A DNA stretch of 64,000 nucleotides, taken from IMG/VR virus record IMGVR_UViG_3300043778_000098, positions 1 to 64,000 of that record; one strand, given 5' to 3'. The DNA is from a virus. The notes beneath the pieces are model-generated. The model did not search any database and was not told where the DNA came from. It worked only from the letters and a program-made list of their open reading frames with translations. Position 1 is the first letter of the stretch. Each line of letters begins with the position of its first letter. A program made the position numbers and the translations under genes. This document shows positions 10,601 through 19,790 of the stretch, one piece after another.

Positions 10601-11683
10601 CCGGACCAGTCCCAGGACGAGCAGGGCACCTTCAGCTACCAGGACCGGGCCGCCGCCGCCGGGCCGTCAACCGCGATGACCCCGCGCGACCCCAACGGCA
10701 TCCGGATGGAGGAGACGCGAAGAGACTGCCCCTGCTGCGGCGGAACAGGCGAGCACAACACCGGCCGGGAATGCTACGGGTGCGACGCGAGCGGAAGCGC
10801 CGACGGGTATTCCGGGCAGGTCCCGTGCGACGGGACTAAGCCCTACGGCGTTGACAGCGAAGGCCACCAGGTCGAGCTGGACCCGCTCGACGGATGGCAG
10901 CATCTGGACGGGTCCGTCTCCCATGACGACGGGAGCACAGTCAGCGATCATCCCGTCCGCGCAGAGCTGCGCGACGAGCCCGAGGCCGCCCTCCCCTCGA
11001 CCACCGGCGACGACCTGGAGGCGACGGCCGCCGCCGACGGCACCATGGGCGGAGGCGACGCCGGGGACGGGGCAGCCCAGGAGGCCCCGCTGGACGTCGC
11101 GTCCCTCGGCGAGTTCGGGGCGTCGGCGCGGGAAGAGTTCCGCCGCAAGTTCGGCGGCCCGACGGCGATGGGCGACCGGTCGGTGGCCGAGGGACTGTCT
11201 GGCGGGGCGCAGGAGCCCCCGGTGACCGGCCAGCAGCCGGGCATGGGCTCGATGGACGAGCCGCTGACGCCGGACGACCAGTCGATCCAGACGATCGGCG
11301 GCCAGCAGTGGTCGGGCGGCGGCGCAGACTCCGACGAGGTCGAGGTCGAGCCCGGCCAGCCGCAGGGCGGCATCGACGACATCGTGGCGTCGTTCCAGCG
11401 CTCGGCGGCGGCCAGGGCCTACGCCGGCGGGGGCGCGGCGGGAGGGGGCGCTGCGGCCGGGCCCGGGGACATCGCCGGGGCCGCCCGCGCCTACCTGGCG
11501 AAGACGGCCGAGGTCCTCCCCCAAGCCGAGGCCGACGAGCTGATCCGGGAGGGGCGCGGCCAGCGGGCGCGCAACCTCGACCTGCTCGACCTGGAGGGCA
11601 CCCACTACGCGGACGCCGACGAGGAACTCGGCAAGAAGGGGCTGAGCATGGACGACCACGACGATGACGTGATCTTCGCGTGA
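7643..11683 (+). CDS. large acidic head-associated protein with SWIM zinc finger
   Basis: GGGAGG RBS before ATG 7643; WACGCPW...PCSH motif; CPCCGG..CYGCD finger; repeated [RK]xA motifs. Confidence 0.75.
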   Translation: MRRHSTRLSQAHEEEPEDDGLSRTADRDYPELGTILDDRPDPGGVITVIGARRLANLYGTDQDDRNGQFNGEPGDAGMYWSEPGQQQWTQENEPQEPAPPPPWAMSPVMARLAELEEAAGLIGMSHHATSINGQQVDDHGDAPQHGTVPRAQDPDSYDDRSTEGDGDPKWDDPLDPAHKEEYNGATVGMYPEGISAGGGPGISVGPVTAELNQKGQNELRRHMAEDHLADPSLCASSEIRELADDHAADHDYGNADHAHGPDYDHRPFWDEGADAGRYHEFTGSRRTARVPWTPAERGTLHTWQQVPTGTWGDFVPSSEFPFLRPGESQHGPEEEDLRAEGSWEPYEADEYDFADKPSYQGWPQSMPEEYEPRDWTDIADRADHRNDAGGWVHHTLSSLREGASDAEDRYWRAHLRDQHGWSAGQFERARQRGDSLPDMHAAGHEAGLAGHPPHAISAEQRLRAQRDLEREDSLRNMFGPDITEDRAKLRPEGYGLAHPARGGYSGGDPMTAIMTSGDPRPVADPSHWEQADPARFRRMMSALTAHAHDDEGDSLDDGPASGDFGVGDEEDEDGPEGWPAAGADVSETGRAMTQGRYDGKTRRSGDQGHLAAFVAASGSPSFRFHFTASWQDVIAKARRIRADGHVRITHASAGLVIGEVRGDHDTYETGIQRPVGKRQSIQHWACGCPWASFHQSRTAARRPGGYAGRPCSHVMALQFEAQSRGMFGRQFGADENLPSWSPPTVVVKSMPPWEGEPHAGRWREEWRAPVASIRRAATPDEARDADWTPEDRDEWERSGAVVGWPCQRATAALLRSGADPEEVDALRAIAGLGPVSADAARSGALLARHLTVAHGLPEEKAAELCRDVPGALGWHGALHEARAAVAIPHRHEPPGAPGAGLLPVEGLRVTADGANGPWGSDNTVSHPPQKPYGATSPPDKDMDPGSYGPLAAPDPENWGRIDAGDVFQMPIGNTAAVRPVPGDLHWPDQSQDEQGTFSYQDRAAAAGPSTAMTPRDPNGIRMEETRRDCPCCGGTGEHNTGRECYGCDASGSADGYSGQVPCDGTKPYGVDSEGHQVELDPLDGWQHLDGSVSHDDGSTVSDHPVRAELRDEPEAALPSTTGDDLEATAAADGTMGGGDAGDGAAQEAPLDVASLGEFGASAREEFRRKFGGPTAMGDRSVAEGLSGGAQEPPVTGQQPGMGSMDEPLTPDDQSIQTIGGQQWSGGGADSDEVEVEPGQPQGGIDDIVASFQRSAAARAYAGGGAAGGGAAAGPGDIAGAARAYLAKTAEVLPQAEADELIREGRGQRARNLDLLDLEGTHYADADEELGKKGLSMDDHDDDVIFA

Positions 11684-11886
11684 GCCACCGAATGGAGATG
11701 GCCCCGCGCGAGCAGACGGCGGCCGACGACCCGTTCGGCGGGCGCGGGACGTTCCTGCCGTTCCCGGGGCTGAGCGCCACGGAGATCTCCGACGCCCTGA
11801 CGGAGAGGGGGCTGGGCTCCGTCCCGTCCTTCGCCTGGGGCGGCATCGGGGCCTGGGTCGAGGTGGGCCGTGCGGGAAGCTCCTGA
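11680..11886 (+). CDS. hypothetical protein
   Basis: GTGA overlap with the upstream stop. Confidence 0.5.
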   Translation: MSHRMEMAPREQTAADDPFGGRGTFLPFPGLSATEISDALTERGLGSVPSFAWGGIGAWVEVGRAGSS

Positions 11887-12220
11887 GGCCGCCGACCCGT
11901 TCAGGGTCATCATGCCCCCGGGCCAGGACCTCCTGTCTCGCGTCGGCGTGCTCATCGGCCTGATCTTCTACGCCGCCGGGACGCTGTCCTTCGCCGGGAT
12001 CGTCGTGGCCTATTTCTCGCTGAGAATGTACGACTTCTCCGACGACACGAGAATCGCCTTCATCGTCCTGTTCTCCAGCCTCTTCTCCATGATCCAGGGG
12101 CTCATATTCATCCTGATCACGAGGGGAGGAGAGCTGAGGCGGAGCCAGATGGAGTTCATGCTCAGCCAGATAGGCGTTCTCAAGTCCCAGGGGACTTCCC
12201 CGAGGCCGACCGACGGTTAG
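11870..12220 (+). CDS. two-TM membrane protein
   Basis: Two long hydrophobic helices. Confidence 0.65.
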   Translation: MREAPEAADPFRVIMPPGQDLLSRVGVLIGLIFYAAGTLSFAGIVVAYFSLRMYDFSDDTRIAFIVLFSSLFSMIQGLIFILITRGGELRRSQMEFMLSQIGVLKSQGTSPRPTDG

Positions 12221-12231
12221 GGGAAGGACCC

Positions 12232-12684
12232 ATGCTCGCCCTTCCGCCGGCCGTCCAGGCGGTTCTCGCGTCCTCGCCAGTCACAACGGTTCTCTCCATC
12301 GCCGGGGGCCTCATCGCCGTCCTCATCATGGCGGCCGGGATCATCGGCACCTGGGCCGCCCTCCGGGTCGGCAGGAACACGCAGATCACAGCCAACTACA
12401 GAGCCACCGCCGAGTCCTGGGAGAGCCTCGCGACCAGCCTGACGGCCGAGAAGACGGAGCTGGAGCACAGGCTGGAAGAGGCGATGGTCACGATCACGTC
12501 GCTGACCACCAAGGTCTCCACATTGCAGGAACTCGCCACCGGCCACCCGGCGGTGGAGAGGCTCTCCGAGGCCATGCACCAGTCATTCCAGACGCTGACC
12601 ATCCAGATGAACCGCATCGAGGACTCCTTGAAGGGAGCCGGAAATGGCGGAACTGCCAGACCCACCGCCCCCCACGCCGACTAG
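12232..12684 (+). CDS. membrane protein with coiled coil, possibly holin or lysis accessory
   Basis: N-terminal TM followed by a heptad-like helix. Confidence 0.6.
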   Translation: MLALPPAVQAVLASSPVTTVLSIAGGLIAVLIMAAGIIGTWAALRVGRNTQITANYRATAESWESLATSLTAEKTELEHRLEEAMVTITSLTTKVSTLQELATGHPAVERLSEAMHQSFQTLTIQMNRIEDSLKGAGNGGTARPTAPHAD

Positions 12685-13036
12685 CGATCTTGACGACGAC
12701 CTCAAAGAGGTGCTGGACCGCAGCCTCAAGTTCCTGAGGAGGATCACCACGGGAATGGGGGTGATCGTCCTCGTGGTCGTCGTCGTGGCCGGCGTCCTCG
12801 TCCGCTGGGCGCTGACCGAGCACTCCCGTGTGGACCAGTACCTCGCCGGGCAGTGCCCGTTCTATTACACGGTGGCCGCTCTCCCTGTTCCGGCCAACAC
12901 CGGGAAGGTCGGGGTGAACCTGGTCGAGGGCGCCAGGAGCGCCCTGGTGAGGCAGGCCTGCCCGGAGAGGCTGCCTCCGCCGTCAGCGGAGCTGGTGCTC
13001 CTCGGCCGCAGGTACGGCATACCGATCACCTACTGA
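12644..13036 (+). CDS. single-TM membrane protein
   Basis: Val-rich TM and two Cys. Confidence 0.6.
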   Translation: MAELPDPPPPTPTSDLDDDLKEVLDRSLKFLRRITTGMGVIVLVVVVVAGVLVRWALTEHSRVDQYLAGQCPFYYTVAALPVPANTGKVGVNLVEGARSALVRQACPERLPPPSAELVLLGRRYGIPITY

Positions 13037-13566
13037 CCGGGCCCGTCCTCGTCCTCGTAGCGCGGCAGCGCCCTCAGGTACGGATCCAGCTGGCGCTCCA
13101 CCTCCGGCGTTATCCTCTCCATCACGCCGGTGGGGGTCTTCCCGGGATCATCCGGGGACCAGGCCCTGAGTTCCGGCAGCGGCGGCTCCTCCTGCGGCAC
13201 GGGCTCCTCCTCCCCTTCCTCGTCGGCCGCCTCCTCCTCGGGGTCCGGCGCGTACGGGGCGCTCTGCCACGGGGGGCTCTCGCCCTCGGCGAGCTGCGCG
13301 CGGGGGACGATCTTGGTCATGCTCGGCAGGTCCTGCCGGCGGACCTGGTAGGCGGGCGGATCCGCCTCCCTCATCCTCGCCAGGAAGTCAGCGGCGTCGC
13401 GCTCCTCGCGGGCGTCCCTGGCGGGGCGCGCCAGCCAACGGCGCAGCGATTCCAGGATGGTCCGCCTGCGCTCCGGGATGAACGGCTCGTCTTCCTGGGG
13501 CCCGCCAGGCCGAAGGGCCAGGGCCGCCAGCACGGCGGCGGCCCTGGCCCTCAGGTCGATCCTCAT
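13030..13566 (-). CDS. hypothetical protein
   Basis: 3' part of the long ORF; ATGA coupling with the next gene. Confidence 0.6.
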   Translation of the reverse strand: MRIDLRARAAAVLAALALRPGGPQEDEPFIPERRRTILESLRRWLARPARDAREERDAADFLARMREADPPAYQVRRQDLPSMTKIVPRAQLAEGESPPWQSAPYAPDPEEEAADEEGEEEPVPQEEPPLPELRAWSPDDPGKTPTGVMERITPEVERQLDPYLRALPRYEDEDGPGQ

Positions 13567-14132
13567 AAGACTCCCTGGTTCTTGTTCCAGCAGGTGTTTC
13601 CCTTGCCGCGCGAACGCGACAGGTCGTCGGTCAGGTCCCGGTTGCAGTCGGTGCAGCGCTGCATCTTGACGGCGTACATCATCCTGGACTCCTCGGTCCC
13701 GTGCCGGGCGATCGCCGCGATGGCGGCGCGCTGCTCGATCATGTGGATCCTGGTGACGCGAGTCTGGCCGCTGCTGCCGCCGCCCAGCACGCGCTTGACG
13801 AAGGTCCAGCCGGCGTACTTCCCGTCCTCGGGGCGCTCCACCTTCCAGAAGTCGACGTCGTTGCTGCCGGTGCGGGAGGGGGTGGCGTAATAGCCGGCCG
13901 GGATGTCGTGGGCCGGGGCGGTCTCCCCCGTTGCGGCCACCGGCGGCGGAAGGTCCGGGCAGCGCCGCAGGTGCTTCAGCACCATCTCGGCTGCCTGGCG
14001 GGCCAGCGGCCTGCTGCCGTTCACCATGTCCCTGGCGAGGTGGTGCTCCTTGCGCGGGGCGAGGGCGGCGATCTCCCTCATGATTTCCATCATGTCCATG
14101 CCGGACAGTTCCGCGATCACGGTCTGCTGCAT
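13563..14132 (-). CDS. hypothetical protein with C-terminal CxxC...C zinc motif
   Basis: IPAGYYA...FWKV...RCTDCNRDLTDDLSRSRGKGNTC; promoter motif at 14182-14203. Confidence 0.7.
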   Translation of the reverse strand: MQQTVIAELSGMDMMEIMREIAALAPRKEHHLARDMVNGSRPLARQAAEMVLKHLRRCPDLPPPVAATGETAPAHDIPAGYYATPSRTGSNDVDFWKVERPEDGKYAGWTFVKRVLGGGSSGQTRVTRIHMIEQRAAIAAIARHGTEESRMMYAVKMQRCTDCNRDLTDDLSRSRGKGNTCWNKNQGVL

Positions 14133-14256
14133 CTTCTTCTCCCGGGGACTCTGCTGATTCGACTGCTCTTCGCTTGAGACGACAATAACAAGAAACCTTG
14201 TATTGCGCAACGCGAACCCCGGCTCCCCCGGAAGAGTGGAGAGACCGGAGGGGATC

Positions 14257-17200
14257 GTGCTCAAGTACGCGGCGCTGGAGATGCTCGACGCGTGGCGCCA
14301 GCCGACGGCGGGCGGGATCTCCCGCCTCGCCCACCGGGTCGCGTTCCACTACGACCCGCGCCCCGGCTACCTGTACGTCCGCTCCCGGATGATCTCCAGC
14401 CGGACCAACGACAACCACGACACGTTCCCCGCCGGGGAGATCGAGAAGGGCTACACGACCTTCCTCGGCAAGCCCGTCTTCGTCAACCACAACAACGCCA
14501 ACCACCGCAGGGCCCGTGGCGTCATCGTCGCCGTCGCCCTGCACCGCGACCGCACCCGCGACGGCAGCCCCGACACCTGGGTCGAGGGCCTCATGGAGGT
14601 CGACGCGGTCAGGTTCCCCAAGCTGGCGAAGGCGATCCTGGAGGGCAGGGTCAACCGCACCAGCATGGGCGTGGACGTCGACTGGTCCACCTGCTCGGCC
14701 TGCGGCAACAAGGCCACCTCCCCGGCCGAGTACTGCAAGCACCTGCCCGCGATGAAGGGCCGGAAGATCCGGCAGCGGAACGCCAAGACCGGCAAGGTGG
14801 AGGAGCGCCTGATCCACGAGATCTGCGCCGGGCTCAGCTTCTTCGAGAACTCCCTGCTGGTCGAGGACCCCGCCGATCCCTCGGCCTTTTTGCTCGGGGA
14901 GCCTGACACGCGAGGGCTACACATGTCTCCACGTTCGGCCAGCTCGAATCCTGGAGATCGCCGCGCTCGAAACGCCGTAACGCCCGGCGATGTCCAAGAG
15001 GCTGAGCTGGCCTCGCTTCGCACATCCGTTGCCGGTCGCTACCAGGGGCAGAAGTTCGTATTTGATGACCCGGACGTCGGCGTCGGTGAGTTTGACAGCC
15101 GGGTTGCGTACGCCCGGCAGGCTGCGCCCCTTGGCCACCATGTCGGCCGAGTTGACCGCGTTGGTGCCCAGGAACCAGTGCATGGAGTTCATGCAGATCT
15201 TGAAGTCGCACGAGTGGCAGACGACAAAGCGCGGCGGAATAGGCCCTCGCAGCAGCTTCCAGCCATAGCGATGCGCGCGGACGCTCGTCCGTCTCGCGTC
15301 CGCCAGAGAGAAGCGCGGGTACCCGCTGTCGAAGGTTCCGCCCGTCCACGGGTTGCAGAAGCCAGGCCCTGCGCTGAAATCGATCAGCGCGAAGTACCGG
15401 TCAACCTCCGACACCGTTCTTACGAATCGTCCGTCCAGTTCACACCTGCCGACCATGGTGTTAATCATAGCCGAGAACCGGACGCACGGGGCATGGAGAA
15501 GGCCGCCGGGCTCCGCCCGGCCCAGGCCCGCCCGGCCCAGGCCCGCAGGCCGTTCGGCGAGCTGGCGCCCCACGAGCAGCAGGCGGTGGCCCTCTACCAC
15601 CGGCAGATGCTCGAAGAGGGGAACGCCCCCCAGGGCAGCACCACCGGCGACTACCTGTACGAGCCCCGCCAGGAGCCCAGGGGCGACTTCATCAACCGCT
15701 ACATGGACGCCGACGACGAGTTCAAGCGGGAGTACGGGCGCGGGGCGGCCGACTGGGAGGCCCACCACCAGGACACAGTGGCCCGCCACCCGATCCCCGC
15801 CTACCCGCCCGAGGGCCGGTGGCCGCTGATCGTCAGCGACGCCAACCCGAACTACATCGACGACGGCTACCACCGGATGCACTCCTACATGCGGGACGGC
15901 GCCACCGAGATCCCCACGATCAGGATGCACCCCAAGAGGGCCTCGAAGACGGCCGCCGCCGGGGACCCCGACTTTAGGGACCTCATCCCCAATTCCTGCA
16001 CCCAGTGCGGGAAGCCGGTGCACTACCGCCCCGGCGCCGGCAGGAACGGCACCTACCCGTGGCGGCACCGGCACCAGGCCATCGAAGACCACGCCGCCGT
16101 CCCGTCCAACCCCGACGACAGGCGGCCGTCGCAGAACGCCACCTTCGGCGGCACCACCTGCCTGATGTGCCACGAGCCGGTGAAGATCAACCTGAACGCG
16201 CTGGACACCGACACCGGCGGCTGGCACCACCACGACGGCATGAAGCGCGACCACCCCGCCATCCCGAAGGACGCCCGCGCCGTCTACGACGCCATCCCGG
16301 GCATCAGGGCGCAGCATGACCAGGCCCGCCAGCAGATCCGCGAGCACCTGCACCGGCAGTTCGAGCAGATGGAAGGCAGGCCGCTGCCCCGGCGCCCGAG
16401 AGGCGACGAGGACCGGATGCCGCCCGACCCGTTCACGGCCAGACGCAAGAGGGCCAGGCGCCAGGCCGCCGGCCGCTTCCGCGAAGAGTTCACGCACTGC
16501 TCCAATTGCGGGGTCCCGCTGCTGGACGCCGACGACATCAGCGCCGCCGACTCGCCCGGCGACTGGTCGCACCACGGCTACCCGCACCTGTGCATGAACT
16601 GCGCCATCGGGCCGATCTCCGACGAGGGGACCATCCCCGGGACTCCCGGCAAGCCGCACCCGATCTTTCCGGGCAACAAGGGCGGCTATCACCTTCGCCC
16701 GGGGCTGGCAGGCGACCCCATGCCCACCGACCGCCTTCCCGAGAGCTACCGGAACTGGGAGCCGGGCGACGCGGTCCGGCAGTCCACGTCGAGCCGGAAG
16801 ACGGCCTACGGGGAGACCCGCGTGCCGCCCCAGGTGGACACGCTGCGGATGGACGAGTGCCCCGTCTGCGGCGAGCACAACGTGTGGTCGGGCAGCCGGT
16901 GCCCGGTTTGCGGCTTCGTGGTGCCGCCCAGTGTCTTCCGCGATCCCGACACCGACAAGGCGCGGCAGGTGCGCGACCAGCTCGACGCCGACGGCGAGGT
17001 CACCGAGGACCCGCAGGACCCCCAGGGCCAGGAAATGGGCGAGGAGGAGCAGATCGGCAGCGGCGATGACGCCGACGACCAGCTCACCCACCCGGACCAG
17101 ATCGCCCCGGACGGGGTGCCGGTCGTGCAGGGCGAGGGCGGCCCGGTGCCCGGCGAGGAAGAGGGCGCGCAGGCGGGGCCGCCCCCCGAGGAAGAGGGCG

Positions 17201-18453
17201 AAGAGCAGGGCGAGCCCGGCGGGATCCCCGGCGACGCCGGCGAGGAGGGCGGCCCTCCCGTGGACCAGGAAGAGGAGCCAGGCGACGAGCTGGAGTGCCC
17301 CGCGTGCGGCACCACGTTCGAGACCGACGCCTACGCCCAGCCGGGCATGCCGTGCCCCGCCTGCGGCATGGCCAACCTCCACCCGATCGACGAGAGCGGC
17401 GAAGACGGGGAGTTCCCGCCCGATGACGGCGACCCTGACGGCGAGGAGGAGGAGGGCGACGGCCCCCAGAAGGATCAGGAAGACGATCCGTCCGCTCCGG
17501 GAGACGAGAAGGAAGAGGACGAGGACATGCCAGCAAAGACAGGCGCCGCGCTCATGCAGGCCCAGGCGCGGAGGATCGCCGAGCAGTCGGCGATGATCGA
17601 GGCGCTGTCGGCCCAGCTGCGCTACCTCGCCTCGGCCGCCGGGGTCGGGCGGGAACTCGACGAGGTCGGCCGCAGGGTGATGCGGCGCCACGCCGACATC
17701 ATGAACCCGGCCAGCCCGGTGCCCGACCCGCCCGAGGGGCCGCCGTCGGAGACCACCGAGCAGGCGCTGATGCCGGAGGCGATGGACGACCCGTCGCGCC
17801 CCGGCGCCACCCCGGGCGCCAACTCCCGGGTGCCGGCCGCGCAGACCACCACGGCGATCACCCCCGGCGTGGAGATGCAGACGCCCCCGGCGACCAACCT
17901 GGTCGACGTCACCGCGCCGGTCCAGGGCACCAACCCGTCGCAGGACGGCGGCGTGCCGATCGAGCAGCGCAGGATCGAGACCGATGTGCGCATTGACCCC
18001 GACCCGCTGAAGGCGCACGGCCCCGGCATCGGCGGCCAGGGCGACAACGGCGCCGCGTTCCCGTGGATGCTGGACGCGCGGATGCCAGACCAGGGCGGCC
18101 AGCCCGGCCAGGGCCAGCGCGCGGCGTCGCTGCACTCGCAGCCGGGCGAGGCGGAATCCTCGCGGCGCACCTTCGGGGCGATCCGCCTGGCGAGGCTCCG
18201 GGTCCAGGCGGGCCTCGCCCAGGGCGACGAGCTGGCCGTAGCCGAGCGCATCGAGAGGGACGCCTCCCTGTCCACCGCGATGATCGAGCACGACATCTCC
18301 ACTCTGGAGCAGGTCGGGGCTGTGGCCCGCCCCCAGGCCCCTCTCCAGCGGCAGGCGGCCCGCTCCGCCCCGTCGCTGGCGTCGGTGGGCGCGGCCAGCC
18401 AGTACGCCCCGGCCGCCGCCGACGACCTCGACGGCTCGGACCTGTTCCTGTAG
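14257..18453 (+). CDS. prohead (capsid maturation) protease / scaffold polyprotein
   Basis: GGAGGGG RBS; NDNHDTF, FLGKPVFVNH, TSMG...CSACG, FFENSLLVEDPAD protease region; also a ParB-like DDGYHR segment, zinc fingers and a scaffold-like C-terminus. Confidence 0.8.
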   Translation: MLKYAALEMLDAWRQPTAGGISRLAHRVAFHYDPRPGYLYVRSRMISSRTNDNHDTFPAGEIEKGYTTFLGKPVFVNHNNANHRRARGVIVAVALHRDRTRDGSPDTWVEGLMEVDAVRFPKLAKAILEGRVNRTSMGVDVDWSTCSACGNKATSPAEYCKHLPAMKGRKIRQRNAKTGKVEERLIHEICAGLSFFENSLLVEDPADPSAFLLGEPDTRGLHMSPRSASSNPGDRRARNAVTPGDVQEAELASLRTSVAGRYQGQKFVFDDPDVGVGEFDSRVAYARQAAPLGHHVGRVDRVGAQEPVHGVHADLEVARVADDKARRNRPSQQLPAIAMRADARPSRVRQREARVPAVEGSARPRVAEARPCAEIDQREVPVNLRHRSYESSVQFTPADHGVNHSREPDARGMEKAAGLRPAQARPAQARRPFGELAPHEQQAVALYHRQMLEEGNAPQGSTTGDYLYEPRQEPRGDFINRYMDADDEFKREYGRGAADWEAHHQDTVARHPIPAYPPEGRWPLIVSDANPNYIDDGYHRMHSYMRDGATEIPTIRMHPKRASKTAAAGDPDFRDLIPNSCTQCGKPVHYRPGAGRNGTYPWRHRHQAIEDHAAVPSNPDDRRPSQNATFGGTTCLMCHEPVKINLNALDTDTGGWHHHDGMKRDHPAIPKDARAVYDAIPGIRAQHDQARQQIREHLHRQFEQMEGRPLPRRPRGDEDRMPPDPFTARRKRARRQAAGRFREEFTHCSNCGVPLLDADDISAADSPGDWSHHGYPHLCMNCAIGPISDEGTIPGTPGKPHPIFPGNKGGYHLRPGLAGDPMPTDRLPESYRNWEPGDAVRQSTSSRKTAYGETRVPPQVDTLRMDECPVCGEHNVWSGSRCPVCGFVVPPSVFRDPDTDKARQVRDQLDADGEVTEDPQDPQGQEMGEEEQIGSGDDADDQLTHPDQIAPDGVPVVQGEGGPVPGEEEGAQAGPPPEEEGEEQGEPGGIPGDAGEEGGPPVDQEEEPGDELECPACGTTFETDAYAQPGMPCPACGMANLHPIDESGEDGEFPPDDGDPDGEEEEGDGPQKDQEDDPSAPGDEKEEDEDMPAKTGAALMQAQARRIAEQSAMIEALSAQLRYLASAAGVGRELDEVGRRVMRRHADIMNPASPVPDPPEGPPSETTEQALMPEAMDDPSRPGATPGANSRVPAAQTTTAITPGVEMQTPPATNLVDVTAPVQGTNPSQDGGVPIEQRRIETDVRIDPDPLKAHGPGIGGQGDNGAAFPWMLDARMPDQGGQPGQGQRAASLHSQPGEAESSRRTFGAIRLARLRVQAGLAQGDELAVAERIERDASLSTAMIEHDISTLEQVGAVARPQAPLQRQAARSAPSLASVGAASQYAPAAADDLDGSDLFL
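14917..15456 (-). CDS. HNH homing endonuclease nested antisense in the protease gene
   Basis: RAHRYGW...VVCHSCD...C.N..H..LGTNAVNSADM plus C-terminal HTH; TATGAT -10 box 7 nt before ATG (alternative start 15468). Confidence 0.85.
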   Translation of the reverse strand: MVGRCELDGRFVRTVSEVDRYFALIDFSAGPGFCNPWTGGTFDSGYPRFSLADARRTSVRAHRYGWKLLRGPIPPRFVVCHSCDFKICMNSMHWFLGTNAVNSADMVAKGRSLPGVRNPAVKLTDADVRVIKYELLPLVATGNGCAKRGQLSLLDIAGRYGVSSAAISRIRAGRTWRHV

Positions 18454-18786
18454 ATGACCTGGACGGTGACCCTCGACGGCGGGGACCGGGAGGTGGTCCT
18501 CCCCAACGGTCTCCGCTATCAGGGCGCCGCCGAGGCGGTCCTGTCCGACCGCTGGTACGCGCAGCTGTCGGCGGCTGCCCTGGAGAGCCTGATGAGCGCC
18601 TCCTACCTCGGGGGGATCGCCTCCTACGCGGTGACGATGGCGGAGGGGGCCTCCATGGTCGTGCTCCCCGACGGGCTCCCCCACAAGGCGGGCGACCAGG
18701 TGCTGCTGTCCGACGAGCAGTACTCGCTGGTAACCCCGGCGGCGGCGGAGGCGTTCTTCAGTTCCGTAGTGACGACGGTGGCCTGA
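18454..18786 (+). CDS. putative virion protein with two internal repeats
   Basis: VVLP(N/D)GL repeat, also found at the N-terminus of the next gene. Confidence 0.7.
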   Translation: MTWTVTLDGGDREVVLPNGLRYQGAAEAVLSDRWYAQLSAAALESLMSASYLGGIASYAVTMAEGASMVVLPDGLPHKAGDQVLLSDEQYSLVTPAAAEAFFSSVVTTVA

Positions 18787-19790
18787 TGGCGTGGCAGGTG
18801 ACGGTCGAGTCCGGGCTGAAGGAGGTGGTTCTCCCCGACGGGCTCCGCTACCAGGGCGGCGATGTCGCCGTGCTGGACGACGCCCAGTACGGGTCGATGT
18901 CGGCCAACGCGGTCGCCACCCTGTTCAGCGCGGTCGAGCAGATCGGCGGGGGCGGCGGCGGCGGAGGGTCCGTCAGCAGCGTCAACGACGTCGACCCGGT
19001 AGACGGCAACGTGACGCTAACGCCCGCCAGCATCGGGGCGGTGTCCGGCACCGGCGGCGGCAAGGAGACGATCGGCGCCCTCGGCGACGTCACCGGGACC
19101 GCGACCGTCAGCCTGGCCGACGGCAACGTCTTCACGGCCACGATGACGGGCGGCACGACCTGGACGTTCTCGGGCGCGACCAGCGGGAAGTCGTGCTCGT
19201 TCGACCTGCGCCTGAGCCAGGACGGCACCGGCGGCCGGGTGGCCACCTGGCCGGGCAGCGTGACCTGGGTCGGCGGGACGGCGCCGTCGCCGGACACGTC
19301 GGCGGGCGCCCTGAGCGTCTACTCCTTCGAGAGCCTGGACGGCGGGACGACATGGCTCGGCTCCCTGGTGCAGGAGCTGCCGTCGTGGGCCCTCGCGTCG
19401 GCCGCCGCCGCGATCCTCGCGCTCCTGGCGGGCGGCGTCACCCTGCCCGCCTACCTGGCCCCGGCGGTCGTCACGCTCGCACAGTCCGGCGGGTCCGTCG
19501 CGCTGGACGGGACGCTGGGCAACATCTTCCGCCTCACCCTCACGGCGTCAGGCTGGACGCTGGCCAACCCGACGGGCCTCGCCGACGGCCAGCCGGTGGA
19601 GGTCGACCTGATCCAGGGCACCGGAGGCGGCTTCACGATCAGCTACGGGTCCGCGTGGGACTTCGGGGCGGCCGGCGAGCCGACCCTGAGCGTCACGGCG
19701 GGGAAGGTCGACTACCTGATCGGCCGCTACTCCGCCGTCGCCAACGGCGGGGCGGGCGCCGTCGTCGTCTCCCCCGCGCTGGGGTACTGA
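18786..19790 (+). CDS. putative fibre or appendage protein
   Basis: VSSVN...GNVTLTPASIGA fibre motif followed by two beta-rich repeats. Confidence 0.65.
   Translation: MAWQVTVESGLKEVVLPDGLRYQGGDVAVLDDAQYGSMSANAVATLFSAVEQIGGGGGGGGSVSSVNDVDPVDGNVTLTPASIGAVSGTGGGKETIGALGDVTGTATVSLADGNVFTATMTGGTTWTFSGATSGKSCSFDLRLSQDGTGGRVATWPGSVTWVGGTAPSPDTSAGALSVYSFESLDGGTTWLGSLVQELPSWALASAAAAILALLAGGVTLPAYLAPAVVTLAQSGGSVALDGTLGNIFRLTLTASGWTLANPTGLADGQPVEVDLIQGTGGGFTISYGSAWDFGAAGEPTLSVTAGKVDYLIGRYSAVANGGAGAVVVSPALGY

Noticed and set aside
14899-15495. Group I intron or intein in the protease gene
   Set aside because: No intron core or intein splice motifs were visible, and the HNH is on the opposite strand
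3317-18684. Very long minus-strand ORFs (3317..5533, 7592..10597, most of 14917..18684) and similar shadow ORFs elsewhere
   Set aside because: Antisense shadows of high-GC3 genes with no recognisable motifs; only the HNH part 14917..15456 is kept
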